Positions 49,464 to 60,356 of a stretch of DNA of 64,000 nt are shown piece after piece. Numbering within the stretch: the first letter of the stretch is position 1; the number at the start of each line of letters is the position of its first letter. The stretch comes from a virus. The notes below the pieces were generated by a model, which was given only the letters and a program-made list of their open reading frames with translations, searched no databases and was not told where the DNA came from. Both the position numbers and the translations under genes were made by a program. The stretch lies in the UHGV virus genome UHGV-0039337; one strand, given 5' to 3'.

Positions 49464-49669
49464 ATTTCTTCTTTTTTATCATACATTAAACATGCATAGT
49501 TTGGATTATAATATAATTCGTCTTTATCCACATAATGCATTTCACCTGTTCTAATATGTGATATTTTAAATAGTAATTTATTTTTTTCTGACACTATACC
49601 TTTTATTTGACCTGCACTATATGGTTCTTTTGAATAATAAGCCAATACTTCTTTCATATTTTTCACCAC
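49460..49669 (-). CDS. Hypothetical small protein
   Basis: 69-aa ORF with a GGTGGTG RBS. Confidence 0.4.
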   Translation of the reverse strand: MVKNMKEVLAYYSKEPYSAGQIKGIVSEKNKLLFKISHIRTGEMHYVDKDELYYNPNYACLMYDKKEEI

Positions 49670-49670
49670 C

Positions 49671-49696
49671 TAAAAAAGGGTGTGTTAAACACCCTC
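49671..49696 (-). terminator. Rho-independent terminator after the ribonucleotide reductase gene
   Basis: On the minus strand, an AGGGUGUUUAACACACCCU hairpin followed by UUUUUU. Confidence 0.55.
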
Positions 49697-49702
49697 TATT
49701 AT

Positions 49703-51595
49703 TTAATTACATTTACTGTATCCACAATTTACACAACTAATACATCCTTCAGTTTTTAATAGTGTTTTTTCTTCACATTCAGGGCATGTCATGTAATAAT
49801 CATTTGTTTCTTTAGCTGTTTCTGTTTTTTTAGTTTCTAATGGTTTAGACTTTTCTTTTTGTTGTATTGTTTTAATTTCTATTTCAGTATCATCATCAAA
49901 ATCTATAAATTCTTCCATGAATTGATTATGAGCATTTACTAATGCATAAGCTACTGCTGATGCACATGATGAACCTTTAGAAGTTGTTTTGTCTTTATAT
50001 TTAGAAATACTATATGATGGACATACTAAAGCTGATTCTAATTGATCTGCTATTTCTTCTACTGGTGCTCCTTTTCTTGCACATAGACTAGTAAGTCTAG
50101 ATACTGCATTTAATAAAGATAAACAACCACCTTTGCTTCCTTTATCTAAGAACACTTCACGTAATTCTCCAGTTTCAGGACAGAAATAGAAAGTACAATG
50201 CAAACTTCCACATCCAGTTTTAAGTTTTCTCTTAATACCGATTACGGAATCATCAACTAATATAGTATCTCCAAATTTAAGCATAGATTTAGCTTTTTCT
50301 ATTGGAGTTAGATTCGACTCTTTTTCTTCTTTTTCATTACTTACTGTAAGAATACCTGCTCTTTCACAGTTATTTCTATATATAGTTAATCCTTTAACTC
50401 CTTTTTCGGCACCATATAAATAAATTTCTTTTATTTGTTGTGGCGTAACATCTTCTGATAAATTGACTGTAGATGAAATCGATGCGTCTATATATTTTTG
50501 AATAGTAGCTTGTACATCTACTCTATTAAATGGATCTAATTGGTGTGTTGATATAAAGTATTCAGGTAAATCATTAGTATTACCTGTAACTTTTCTATAG
50601 TCTTCAACTATTTTAGCTTCTACTGTATAGTAAACATCTTCATCATGTAAGCTTTCAGTTTTTCTAGTATAACTATAAGCAAAATTAGGTTCTACTCCAT
50701 ATGAAGTATTAAGTAATCCAGCTACAGTTCCAGTAGGTGCTATTGTAGTTAATTGGCTATTAAATAGTCCATTTTGTAGCGCAGCTTTTAGTGTATTTGT
50801 TTCGTAATAATTTAGATTTCCAACTAAATTTTGTATTATATCTGATTTAAATGTTTTGTCTGCATCATAATTTTTAAATGGTGTGTTGCCTTCTATTTTT
50901 GCATAATCAGCACTAGCTATTATACTATTATATAATAAGGCAGTACCTATTGTTTCTATCACTAATAATGATTCTGACGAACCATAAGTTATTCCTAATT
51001 TTATTAAAGTATCTGCCAATCCCATTATTCCAAGTCCTATTTGTCTTAAATCGCCTACGGTTTTACGTTGTTCTTCTAATGGATGTAAAGGCATACCTTC
51101 TATTAATACATCATTTAATGCAAATATAGCTTTATGAATTACTTTTTTAAATTCATCGTAATCAAATCTAGCGTTTGGTGTAAATGGATCAATTATAAAC
51201 TCACTTAAATTAATAGCACCAAGCAAACATGAACCTCCTGCAGGAAGAGGTTCTTCAGCACATGGATTCACACCTACATAATTAAAATCATCATAATATT
51301 GCATTAAGTTATAATTTTGTATTTTATCCCAATAAAGAATTCCTGGTTCTGCCATTCTCCAATTGTTTAATGCTAGTTTATCCATGATTTTATTAGCGTC
51401 GATTAATTTTACTATAGTATTTCCATCTTCTAATTTAAATGTACAAGGATAACTCTCTTTATTTTTAACAGCTTCAATAAAATTACTATTTATCATAACT
51501 GAAATATTTGCTTTAGTTATGGCATTTAAATCTGTTTTTATATCTATAAATTCTTCAATGTCTGGGTGGCTTACATCCATGGATATCATGAGTGC
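49703..51595 (-). CDS. Ribonucleotide reductase large subunit (class I/II fold, probably NrdJ-like), exon 2
   Basis: Begins ALMISMDVSHPDIEEFI. It carries the catalytic NPCAEEPLPAGGSCLLGAINLS and a C-terminal CPECEEK...CISCVNCGYSKC zinc ribbon. No small-subunit gene is present in the window. Confidence 0.75.
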   Translation of the reverse strand, partial: ALMISMDVSHPDIEEFIDIKTDLNAITKANISVMINSNFIEAVKNKESYPCTFKLEDGNTIVKLIDANKIMDKLALNNWRMAEPGILYWDKIQNYNLMQYYDDFNYVGVNPCAEEPLPAGGSCLLGAINLSEFIIDPFTPNARFDYDEFKKVIHKAIFALNDVLIEGMPLHPLEEQRKTVGDLRQIGLGIMGLADTLIKLGITYGSSESLLVIETIGTALLYNSIIASADYAKIEGNTPFKNYDADKTFKSDIIQNLVGNLNYYETNTLKAALQNGLFNSQLTTIAPTGTVAGLLNTSYGVEPNFAYSYTRKTESLHDEDVYYTVEAKIVEDYRKVTGNTNDLPEYFISTHQLDPFNRVDVQATIQKYIDASISSTVNLSEDVTPQQIKEIYLYGAEKGVKGLTIYRNNCERAGILTVSNEKEEKESNLTPIEKAKSMLKFGDTILVDDSVIGIKRKLKTGCGSLHCTFYFCPETGELREVFLDKGSKGGCLSLLNAVSRLTSLCARKGAPVEEIADQLESALVCPSYSISKYKDKTTSKGSSCASAVAYALVNAHNQFMEEFIDFDDDTEIEIKTIQQKEKSKPLETKKTETAKETNDYYMTCPECEEKTLLKTEGCISCVNCGYSKCN

Positions 51596-52537
51596 CGATT
51601 GTACCGTTTCTTTCGAAATACTTTAACATCGTTTTATACGATCGGTCTAGACTATATCTTCAACTCATATTCTTTTACCGAATATGAGTTGCTTGGTACT
51701 TCCGGTCAGGATTTTCACCTAATTACCCGTACTCTACTCGGTTATTCTCTTAGATATTTCTTCTAAGATATCCTTTCGATAGTCGTTTGACTTTATTTTA
51801 TATTATATAGCTTCATAAGTTATTATATAGTTTTTTAATTTTCCTCTACTTGGCATAGGTTTTTTACCCTCTGCATATAATCCTAAAACCGTTATATTTC
51901 CCGCTGAATATCCAAAGTATCTTGCTAATTCTGATAGTGATACGAATTCTTTAATAAAGTTTCCTTCTCTATCATAAAGGTATACATGCTTATTGCAAGT
52001 ACAACAATCATCACCGTATGCTTGCTGTGTGTTTTCGGATATTGTGCCCCATTTTAGGTTTGTATAATGATTATTTAATTTATTGTTATCTAAATGTAAT
52101 ACTATAGGGTAATCATTTGGATTTTCTAAATAAGTCATAGCGACTAATCTATGCACCCTAAAATGTCTTCTTATTCCATCTTTACATACTAACAATAAAT
52201 CTTCATAACCATCTTTCATTATTCTTGTCGATAAAAACCTTTTTAATATTTTTGAATATATTTGCCCATCTTCGGTTATACTATAATAATCTTGTTTTAT
52301 ATTGAAGCAATCCAAATCTTTTATAAAAATCATCTCCTAATAATTTTTATAAGAAATGGCATAATATAAAATCTTAGCACAGGATTAGCATACCTATATG
52401 GCTTTAGCCTCCCCTGTTAGCACACTCATTAATAACCATTTCCTGTTATTACTAATATACGCTGAGTGTACACCCTAGTTTTTAGGTTCACCAAGTTTTT
52501 CATTATATATCACTATATAAAGGCGGCCGATATTTTA
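51596..52537 (-). mobile_element. Group I intron (942 nt) in the ribonucleotide reductase gene, with an HNH_3-type homing endonuclease
   Basis: Splits ...IGQKGRRG | ALMISMDVSHPDI (conserved RRGA.M...HPDI). Exon 1 ends in U and the intron ends in G. The core has R (GUCAAACGACUAUCG) and S (AAGAUAUAGUCUAGACC) elements. Confidence 0.7.
51803..52333 (-). CDS. Intron-encoded HNH_3-family homing endonuclease
   Basis: VLHLDNNKLNNHYTNLKWGTISEN is an HNH_3 motif. Confidence 0.6.
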   Translation of the reverse strand: MIFIKDLDCFNIKQDYYSITEDGQIYSKILKRFLSTRIMKDGYEDLLLVCKDGIRRHFRVHRLVAMTYLENPNDYPIVLHLDNNKLNNHYTNLKWGTISENTQQAYGDDCCTCNKHVYLYDREGNFIKEFVSLSELARYFGYSAGNITVLGLYAEGKKPMPSRGKLKNYIITYEAI

Positions 52538-52984
52538 ACCGCGTCTACCTTTTTGACCTATAAGTCCTGTTGTCATAGAATATAAATCCATAAAAGATAC
52601 TGCTCCTGATGTGGTTTTGGCTGCATTATGTACTGTAGCTTTATTTGGTCTAAGTTTTGATATATCAATTCCCACACCTCCACCATAGGAGAAAGTTCTA
52701 GCTAATTTTTTTGCCGTATCAAATATACTTTCTAAATTATCTTCAGGTGGTTCTAAAACATAACAATTAGAATAAGTTACTTTTGTTCCATTTTTTTGTA
52801 ATCCTCTATTAGCAAGTATTCTGCCTCCATATATAAATTTTTTATCAAGTATTAATTGCTGTACTTCTTTATCCCCGTTAGTTACTCTTTCTAAAAATTC
52901 ATCAAATGTTTCATTATTATATCTGTATTTTCTTTCATATTCACTTACAGATAGTTTTGATGTTAGCCATTCTTTTATATCCAA
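52538..52984 (-). CDS. Ribonucleotide reductase large subunit exon 1
   Basis: NCYVLEPPEDNLESIF...SYGGGVGIDISKLRP...SGAVSFMDLY...IGQKGRRG is the RNR N-terminal core. Confidence 0.7.
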
Positions 52985-53039
52985 TATATCTACCTCTCTT
53001 TTATCCTTATATACTGTAATTAAATATTACTACACTTAG

Positions 53040-54419
53040 CTAGTCATATGACACATCATTTTTGTCATGTCTAAATCTTTTAAATCGTGGTAGTCTTATA
53101 CTAGTTAATCCAGTTTTTTCATCTTTTGTTTCTCCGAAATAAACTACTTCTATTAATTTACCTATATACTTATCTGAATTAGCCCATACTTCTTCTCTTA
53201 TAGCATCTGTTAGTCCAGATCCTACATGTACTAAATTATCTTTATATTCAATTATAAATGCACCTAATCTTCCAGCGTCTTTTCCTTTGCCTTCAATCAC
53301 ATCTACTACTTTAAAATCTCCTGATACTTCAGGCTTCATTTTAAACATACTAGTACCTTTAGCTCTTACATATGAAGCATCAGCTATATCTATTACTAGG
53401 CCTTCTTCACCTTCAGCTATAATTTCTTCATATGTTTCATATATATCTTGCATTAATTTTTCATCTACTTTTACATCATTATAATAAACCGGTACTGTTG
53501 TAATATGTGATATATCTAATTCTCTTATCATATTGACTATGTCTGCTAGTCTATTGCAACGTGGCACCTTATACTCTTCGTAGTTAAAGAAACCTTCAAT
53601 ATCTTCTAGATAATCGAATACTATGAAGTCAATACCTATTTTAGTATCATCCTTACCTAATATTTTAGTAGTAGCATTAAATCTAGTAGTAGAATCTTCG
53701 AATTCTCCATGAGCTATCATTTCACCATCGTATACACCATCTGGTAATAGTTTAGCTTCCTCTATTATTTCTACTAAATTATTATCTAGTTTACCGCTAG
53801 AAGTATATATATTTACATCGTCGTCTTGTTTAATTACTTTATATCTATAACCGTCTAGTTTTAATGTGACGGTTATATTCTTACCTAGTATTTTCTTAGT
53901 TTTAAGTTCACCAGTTTTATTATCAACTAAAGAATGGCCTTTACGTTCTCTCCAGTTTCTTTCTAATCCTGGTATATGACCATAAGCTGTAAGATCAGTA
54001 ACGCCACATTTAAAGTCTTTAGTTAATATATCTGATACAAACTGTCTCTCTTTTTTATCTTCTATGTTGTTTAAAAATCTTTGTGTATTGTATACATCTT
54101 GGTCTTTACCTGTATTGTTCTCTAATAAGAATTCTATTAATAGCTTTATACTAGTAAAGTTTACTTCAAAGAACTCTTTTGTGTCTTTGAATTGCTTTTT
54201 TAGTTTAGATTTTTTAATACCTGTAATTTTATTATCATTTAATAGATATTCTATTAGATAACAGAAATCAGGATCTGATGCGTATTCATCAAGAGTATCA
54301 AGTTTATCTTGTACTTTAGATTTAGATTTGAGATTTGTGAACTTATTATATAAATCAGTTATATTTTCCACTATACTAAACTCTCCTCCATAATTACAGC
54401 TTGTACTTCGCAACAGCAA
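53040..54419 (-). CDS. ATP-dependent DNA ligase
   Basis: Motif I is VTLKLDGYRY (KxDGxR). An EGLVI-type motif (GEEGLVIDIADASY) and a C-terminal OB-like region are present. Confidence 0.65.
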   Translation of the reverse strand: MLLRSTSCNYGGEFSIVENITDLYNKFTNLKSKSKVQDKLDTLDEYASDPDFCYLIEYLLNDNKITGIKKSKLKKQFKDTKEFFEVNFTSIKLLIEFLLENNTGKDQDVYNTQRFLNNIEDKKERQFVSDILTKDFKCGVTDLTAYGHIPGLERNWRERKGHSLVDNKTGELKTKKILGKNITVTLKLDGYRYKVIKQDDDVNIYTSSGKLDNNLVEIIEEAKLLPDGVYDGEMIAHGEFEDSTTRFNATTKILGKDDTKIGIDFIVFDYLEDIEGFFNYEEYKVPRCNRLADIVNMIRELDISHITTVPVYYNDVKVDEKLMQDIYETYEEIIAEGEEGLVIDIADASYVRAKGTSMFKMKPEVSGDFKVVDVIEGKGKDAGRLGAFIIEYKDNLVHVGSGLTDAIREEVWANSDKYIGKLIEVVYFGETKDEKTGLTSIRLPRFKRFRHDKNDVSYD

Positions 54420-54772
54420 GTTTTATTAACTGGTAAAGAATCTATCCATTGGTCAAGTAACTCTAATTTGAGGTCTATATATTCATCTGTTATAACTACG
54501 GATTTATAATTATCTTCTTCTAAGTCTTCCATATATATAGCACATCTTTTATCATCGTGCTCATCACAATAGAACCATCCATGAGGTGATCCTATATTAT
54601 TATCTTCAATATCTATAGATGTACATACGTCAAATACTATATAGCCAAATATTGATCTCTCAGGATGTCCTGAACAACTAAATTCAGTTACATATCCTTT
54701 ATTATTAAGTTTTTTAATATGTGGTGCTATTTTTTCATCAACTTCAAATGTTTTTATTTGTTGCATTATCAT
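54371..54772 (-). CDS. Hypothetical protein
   Basis: 133-aa ORF. Confidence 0.4.
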   Translation of the reverse strand: MIMQQIKTFEVDEKIAPHIKKLNNKGYVTEFSCSGHPERSIFGYIVFDVCTSIDIEDNNIGSPHGWFYCDEHDDKRCAIYMEDLEEDNYKSVVITDEYIDLKLELLDQWIDSLPVNKTCCCEVQAVIMEESLV

Positions 54773-55379
54773 TATTTTTAACCACCTCTAATTCAGCTTT
54801 AAGCATATCAACTTCTGCTTGTAATTTAAGATTTTCTGCTTCTGTAAATATACGCTTTTTATCTGCTAAATTTATTCTATGCTGTGCTTCTTTTGCTGTT
54901 TTTCTATCTTCTGTCATAGTAGCTACTATGTCATTCATTTGCTGTTTATCTATTACCACATATTGTTGTTCGTCTGTATTTTTAAAACTAAATACTAAAT
55001 ACCAGAAGTCCATATTCTCAGCTGGCGCTTCTTTTGCAAGTTTATCTAACCATTCTTTCTTAATAGTAAATTGAGAATGACCACGTGCTCTTATTACTTC
55101 TTGTGTCTTTACTTCTTGCATAATATTAACAAGGCCAAGAATTTGTTCATCGCCTTTTATTTTGCCAGCACCAGAATTTGGTGTTAATCCTGTACTAATA
55201 GTAGCAACATTTGATTCATGGTTTATCATTTCTGCTTTAGAACCCATACGATTAGATTCTTTATTGTAATTCTTTTTTAACCCATATGTTTTCTTTTTTA
55301 TCTGTTCATATTTAGATCCATTTACGCACATTAGACACCTATTGGTGTCTAAGTGCTTACACATATTACAATCATGCAT
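54744..55379 (-). CDS. Hypothetical protein with an N-terminal Cys cluster and a C-terminal coiled coil
   Basis: 211-aa ORF starting MHDCNMCKHLDTNRCLMCVNG. Confidence 0.45.
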   Translation of the reverse strand: MHDCNMCKHLDTNRCLMCVNGSKYEQIKKKTYGLKKNYNKESNRMGSKAEMINHESNVATISTGLTPNSGAGKIKGDEQILGLVNIMQEVKTQEVIRARGHSQFTIKKEWLDKLAKEAPAENMDFWYLVFSFKNTDEQQYVVIDKQQMNDIVATMTEDRKTAKEAQHRINLADKKRIFTEAENLKLQAEVDMLKAELEVVKNNDNATNKNI

Positions 55380-55702
55380 TATTCTTTTTCTTCCTGTGTT
55401 TCAAGATTCATTATTTCTTTATGTTTTCCTTCTGTAGTTTCACATATTATATTGGTTATATCATGAAATAACTTATTCATTTTGTTTACGCTTCTTTCTA
55501 CTGCTTTAGTTTTTTTGATAAAAGCTACATATTTGTCTACAGTTTCTTCATCATTGACATCTCCATCATTATATTTTATTGCTGAATCTAGTGCTGCATT
55601 TAAAACTGAGGTTAAATATATATCATCTGTTCTATCATAAATACTATATGAAATTTTGTTTTGATCCAATATTTCTTTTGCAGAATCATCTACTACTAAC
55701 AT
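55379..55702 (-). CDS. Hypothetical protein
   Basis: 107-aa ORF. Confidence 0.4.
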   Translation of the reverse strand: MLVVDDSAKEILDQNKISYSIYDRTDDIYLTSVLNAALDSAIKYNDGDVNDEETVDKYVAFIKKTKAVERSVNKMNKLFHDITNIICETTEGKHKEIMNLETQEEKE

Positions 55703-55715
55703 TCAATCACTCCTT

Positions 55716-56291
55716 TTATTCTATTAAAGATATAATTTGATTATTCATATTTCTATATTGATATATATTGCTTCTTGTCATGTTGTCTAAAGTATATAAA
55801 GTTACTTTTAAATCATCAAATGTAGTATATTCTAAATCGTCAATTTTCGGTATTTCTATTATTTCGTCTTCGTCATTCATTTCATAGAAATCTGCTTCGT
55901 TTCCTTCCCAAAAACATGAATTATCTATATCTTTGTCGTTCATATATACATGTATTTCTCCTTCAGCGTAATCTATATTAGTTAATCTTTGTTCCTCGGA
56001 AAGCGCTATTAATCCTCTATCTCTATCTAGATTATCTTCTAATGGTTTAAAACCTAATTGTTCATAAACATATTGTCTATCTTCTATATTTACTCTAGCA
56101 CCTATGTTTTCTAATGCTTTTATAATATTAGTTTCTAGCACTCTTGTTTTTGCAATAGAGTTATATGACCTTATAAAATCTTGAGCTTTGTAATATGCAG
56201 ATCTAGAATAAGCACTCCAATGATAATATACGTTTATGATAGGTGCTTCTCCTCTATTTTTATATATATTCATAATTAATCTTTGTCCCAT
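55716..56291 (-). CDS. Hypothetical protein
   Basis: 191-aa ORF. Confidence 0.45.
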   Translation of the reverse strand: MGQRLIMNIYKNRGEAPIINVYYHWSAYSRSAYYKAQDFIRSYNSIAKTRVLETNIIKALENIGARVNIEDRQYVYEQLGFKPLEDNLDRDRGLIALSEEQRLTNIDYAEGEIHVYMNDKDIDNSCFWEGNEADFYEMNDEDEIIEIPKIDDLEYTTFDDLKVTLYTLDNMTRSNIYQYRNMNNQIISLIE

Positions 56292-56336
56292 AAGTTCACC
56301 TCTAAAAGAAATAAGCCTATAAACATAGGCTCATTA

Positions 56337-57545
56337 TTATTCTGTTATTGTTTCATCTAACATAGCTTCAAGTTTTTCCATTTCTTGTGCTTCACTTTCT
56401 GCTTGTTCTTTTAATTGCTTTACTTCATCTTCAGGTAAATCTTCTACAGCATAATTTCCTTCTACTTTAGATTTAAGATATTCAAAATATTCTGGATGTG
56501 CTTCTATATAGTTCATGAAAGCTGCTAGACCATTCCATTTAGCTACTGTACCATCTGGTAAAGTTCTTTCATTACCTTTTTCTTTTTCTCCAATTGCATT
56601 GTATTCTCTTATCCAAGCGCCTTTCTTTTCAACTATACCTGAATTAAATACTGCATCTATTATTTCTGGATTTCTATCTATACCACTTCCATATTTTACA
56701 TAGTATCCTATCTTAACATATGTATTTCTATCAGTGATACAATGGTTTTTAGTTACTTTTAAGTCTATTGTCATATATTGATCTTTTACGCTATATAGCA
56801 TATCTTTATTATCCATAAAACCTTTAGATAATTCTAAAGTAAGAACATTATTGTATCTTATTTGTTTACCGCCACCTATAAGTGCACCGGCTCTAGGACC
56901 TCCACCTATGTTGGTACTATAATGTTGAATAGTAATTAATGCAGTTCCTGAAGAGGCTATTATAGGTATAACCTTTCTCATAAATTTACTATTAACTCTA
57001 GCTTGTAATGCAACAGTATCATCTTTCATATCATTTTGAAACTCTTTAGTAGGAGTTAAACATTTTAGTGAGTTTATTACTATCATATCTACTCCAGTAT
57101 AAGCCATTCTTATAACATAATCCAGAACTTCTTCTGCTGTCATATCGTCAGTATTCATAAATATGAATCTGTCTTTTAAATCTTCATCGGTTATACCAAA
57201 CATTTTAATAGAAGTAGATTCTAATGAATTTTCACTTTCTATCCAACATCCAGTAAAATCAGGATCATTTTTAAGGTTATGCGCAATAGTTTCCAGCATC
57301 AGCATAGTTTTACCACTGTCAGGATTTCCTGCTACTAGAGTATATTTACTTCTAGGTATACCTCCACCTGTAGCTTCATTAACTCTCAATGATGGTGTAG
57401 GTATATATTCTATTACTAATTTTTCTGCTATGTCTTCATCATTAAGAGTACCTATGACTGTAGTACCTGCAGCTTTATTTATATCTTTAATAGCTTCTCC
57501 TATCAGTTTTTTTCTTTCTGCTAGGCTTTTACGTTTTATCGCCAT
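56337..57545 (-). CDS. RecA/UvsX-family recombinase-like ATPase
   Basis: EATGGGIPRSKYTLVAGNPDSGKTMLMLETIA is a RecA Walker A context, MIVINSLKCLTP is RecA-like (vvDSvaaL.P), and the C-terminal tail is acidic. Confidence 0.65.
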   Translation of the reverse strand: MAIKRKSLAERKKLIGEAIKDINKAAGTTVIGTLNDEDIAEKLVIEYIPTPSLRVNEATGGGIPRSKYTLVAGNPDSGKTMLMLETIAHNLKNDPDFTGCWIESENSLESTSIKMFGITDEDLKDRFIFMNTDDMTAEEVLDYVIRMAYTGVDMIVINSLKCLTPTKEFQNDMKDDTVALQARVNSKFMRKVIPIIASSGTALITIQHYSTNIGGGPRAGALIGGGKQIRYNNVLTLELSKGFMDNKDMLYSVKDQYMTIDLKVTKNHCITDRNTYVKIGYYVKYGSGIDRNPEIIDAVFNSGIVEKKGAWIREYNAIGEKEKGNERTLPDGTVAKWNGLAAFMNYIEAHPEYFEYLKSKVEGNYAVEDLPEDEVKQLKEQAESEAQEMEKLEAMLDETITE

Positions 57546-57562
57546 ATAATCTCTCCTTTCAA

Positions 57563-57910
57563 TTAATTAATTTTATTTATATAATCATTTAATGATTTTA
57601 TAAGCTCGTCTATTTCTTTTGTAAGAGATTCAGGTGGCGCTGAATTAAAACTTTTATAATAACTATCTACAATATTTTTTTTACGTTGTTCTAATATATA
57701 TACATTAGCTCTAAAAATTGGTTTTGCTGCATTCATATTTACGCTTTTATCTTCTGTCTCTATATATTGTATTAATTCTTCAAGGAAAAGAGCTACAACA
57801 TTACGTACAGCATCTTTTCCTTCATACATCGAAGAAGAAGCAGCTACGCCTATAAAATTAGTTATAGCTGCTCTTAATGATTCTTGTTCATTTGTATATG
57901 GTTTTGCCAC
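57563..57910 (-). CDS. Hypothetical protein
   Basis: 115-aa ORF. Confidence 0.4.
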   Translation of the reverse strand: MAKPYTNEQESLRAAITNFIGVAASSSMYEGKDAVRNVVALFLEELIQYIETEDKSVNMNAAKPIFRANVYILEQRKKNIVDSYYKSFNSAPPESLTKEIDELIKSLNDYINKIN

Positions 57911-60342
57911 TATTCCTCTACCTCTTCTATTTGCTCTTCAGGTAAACAAGTAACAGCTACTACATAGTCGTCTTTATCTAAGTTAATTAATTTAGTGCCT
58001 GTAGTATGTCTACTAGAATGAGCAATATTATTCGCATCTATTCTTATAGTTTTGCCATTAGCTGTAGCTATAAGTATATTAGCATTATCTAATATAAACG
58101 CAGATACAACAGGACCTGTTTTATCACTTACTTTATGACAGAAAATACCTTTGCATCCTCTAGACTTAGAAGCAAATTCTTCTTCATTAGTTGCTTTAGC
58201 TATACCATATTTAGTTACAGTAACTACTTCTGTATTAGAATGCATAGATAATATACCTATTACTTCGTCACCTTCACTTAGTTTTATACCTTTAACACCT
58301 CTAGCTGATCTACCACTAGGTCTTACTGTATTAGAGTTGAATCTAGTAGATAAACTATTAGCAGTAAGTATCATAACTTCTTCGTCGTCTTTAGCTAATA
58401 AAGCTCCTACTACTTCATCATCATCTACTAATCCCATTACTTTAGTAACGTTAAATCTATTAGATAATTGTGCTAATGCTAAACGTTTTATTTGTCCTTT
58501 TTTACTTACAAGAACAAGATAGCGTTCTTTGTCATTAAGATTAGTAGCTAATGTTTTAATAGGATACTCTCCTTCTTCCATAGATACAAAGTTAGCTAAA
58601 TTTTTACCACGAGAGGACTTATTTACTTTAGGTATTTTATATGCTTTAACTGTATGACATCTACCTGTATTAGTTATAAATAATAAGTCATCTTTACTGT
58701 TAATAGTAAATAAATCTACTACTAATTCATCGTCTTTAGTATCGGCTCCTTTAGAACCTTTACCAGCTCTTCTTTGTTTATTATATTCATTAGTAGCTAC
58801 AGATTTTATATTTTGATCACTTGTAACAGTAACTATTAATTCTTCATCTTTAATTAGATCTACTAATTCTATTTCATCTTCTAGCTCTATTGCTGTACGT
58901 CTTTCATCTCCATATTTATTTTTCATTTCGGTAAATTCTTCTATTAATTGTTTTAATATTACTTCGTCGTCTTTTGTTAGGTTTATTAAATGAGGTAGTT
59001 GTTCATACATATTAGATAAATCTGTTTCTACTTTTTCTTCAGATACTTTAGACAATCTTGATATTTTCATATCATATACATATTTAGCTTGTTCTTCTTC
59101 TAAGTCAAGTTCATCTTGTAATGATTGTATAGGATTATCTTCTTCTCTTATAATATGAATAACTTTATCTATATTTTCTATAGCTTTTTGTACGCCTTCT
59201 AATATTAATATATTATGATTTAATTTAGTTAAATCATATTGAGAGCGTCTGCGTACTATTTCCATACTGTGTATAATAAATTGTTCAAGACAATCAAGTA
59301 TGCCGAATTCTTTAGGCATTCCGTCTAATAATGCTTTAACATTATAATTTATAGATATTTGTAAATCTGTTTTAGATAATAAATGTTTTATTACTAAATC
59401 TGGATTAGCACTTTTTTTAAGTTTAATTTGTATATTACAGTTTTCTGTACGTTTAGTTACATCTAAAACTTCACGTATGCCTTCTACTTTATTATCTATA
59501 CGTAAATCATCTATTTTGTTTACTAGTTTTAATTTATTTACTTGGTATGGTAGTTCTGTAATTCTAATTATTTTATTATGTCTTTTATCTTCTTCTATAT
59601 CGTATTTACATCTTAAAATTACTTTTCCTTTACCTTCGCTTATTATTTTAAGCCATTCTTTATTAGAAGTTATTATTCCCCCATCTGGAAAATCTGGGCC
59701 TTTTATTATTTTAGCTATATCACTACATTCATACTCTTCATCTTTTAATGCTTTATCTATCATAAATAATATCGCATCATATATTTCTGTTAAATTATGA
59801 GGTGGTACATAAGTAGACATAGACACGGCTATACCGTTTGTTCCATTAGCTAAAAAGTTAGGCAATAAAGATGGTAACGTCATAGGTTCTTTTAAAGTAT
59901 TGTCAAAGTTATCCATATAATTAACAGTATCTTTTTCTATATCTTTACATACAGCATCTCCATATTTAGATAAATGACATGTAGTATATCTATAAGCGGC
60001 AGCTTTAAATCCATCTCTATTACCAAATGAAGTAGTTGTATCTATTAAAGGATATCTCATTACCCAATTTTGTCCTAATCTGGTAAGCGCATCATATAAT
60101 GAGATATCGCCGTGTGGATATGTCGTTGCTAATACTGAACCTACTACTTTTGCACATTTTTTTTCTGGATCTGTACTTTTCATTCCATGAGTATACATAT
60201 CCCATATTATTTTTCTACCTGATGGTTTTAATCCCGTATTTACATCAGGTATTGCTCTATCTCCTATAACAGCTAATGCATAAGCTTTATATCTAGGAGC
60301 TAGAGCGTCGCCTACTGATTTTTCTATAATATGTTCAGCCAC
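57910..60342 (-). CDS. Type II topoisomerase subunit A (GyrA/ParC-like)
   Basis: YKAYALAVIGDRAIPDVNTGLKPSGRKIIWDMY matches the GyrA N-terminus (Yam..i..RAlPDvrDGLKPv.RR.l). The length is 810 aa. Confidence 0.8.
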   Translation of the reverse strand: MAEHIIEKSVGDALAPRYKAYALAVIGDRAIPDVNTGLKPSGRKIIWDMYTHGMKSTDPEKKCAKVVGSVLATTYPHGDISLYDALTRLGQNWVMRYPLIDTTTSFGNRDGFKAAAYRYTTCHLSKYGDAVCKDIEKDTVNYMDNFDNTLKEPMTLPSLLPNFLANGTNGIAVSMSTYVPPHNLTEIYDAILFMIDKALKDEEYECSDIAKIIKGPDFPDGGIITSNKEWLKIISEGKGKVILRCKYDIEEDKRHNKIIRITELPYQVNKLKLVNKIDDLRIDNKVEGIREVLDVTKRTENCNIQIKLKKSANPDLVIKHLLSKTDLQISINYNVKALLDGMPKEFGILDCLEQFIIHSMEIVRRRSQYDLTKLNHNILILEGVQKAIENIDKVIHIIREEDNPIQSLQDELDLEEEQAKYVYDMKISRLSKVSEEKVETDLSNMYEQLPHLINLTKDDEVILKQLIEEFTEMKNKYGDERRTAIELEDEIELVDLIKDEELIVTVTSDQNIKSVATNEYNKQRRAGKGSKGADTKDDELVVDLFTINSKDDLLFITNTGRCHTVKAYKIPKVNKSSRGKNLANFVSMEEGEYPIKTLATNLNDKERYLVLVSKKGQIKRLALAQLSNRFNVTKVMGLVDDDEVVGALLAKDDEEVMILTANSLSTRFNSNTVRPSGRSARGVKGIKLSEGDEVIGILSMHSNTEVVTVTKYGIAKATNEEEFASKSRGCKGIFCHKVSDKTGPVVSAFILDNANILIATANGKTIRIDANNIAHSSRHTTGTKLINLDKDDYVVAVTCLPEEQIEEVEE

Positions 60343-60356
60343 GCTATCTTCCTCCC

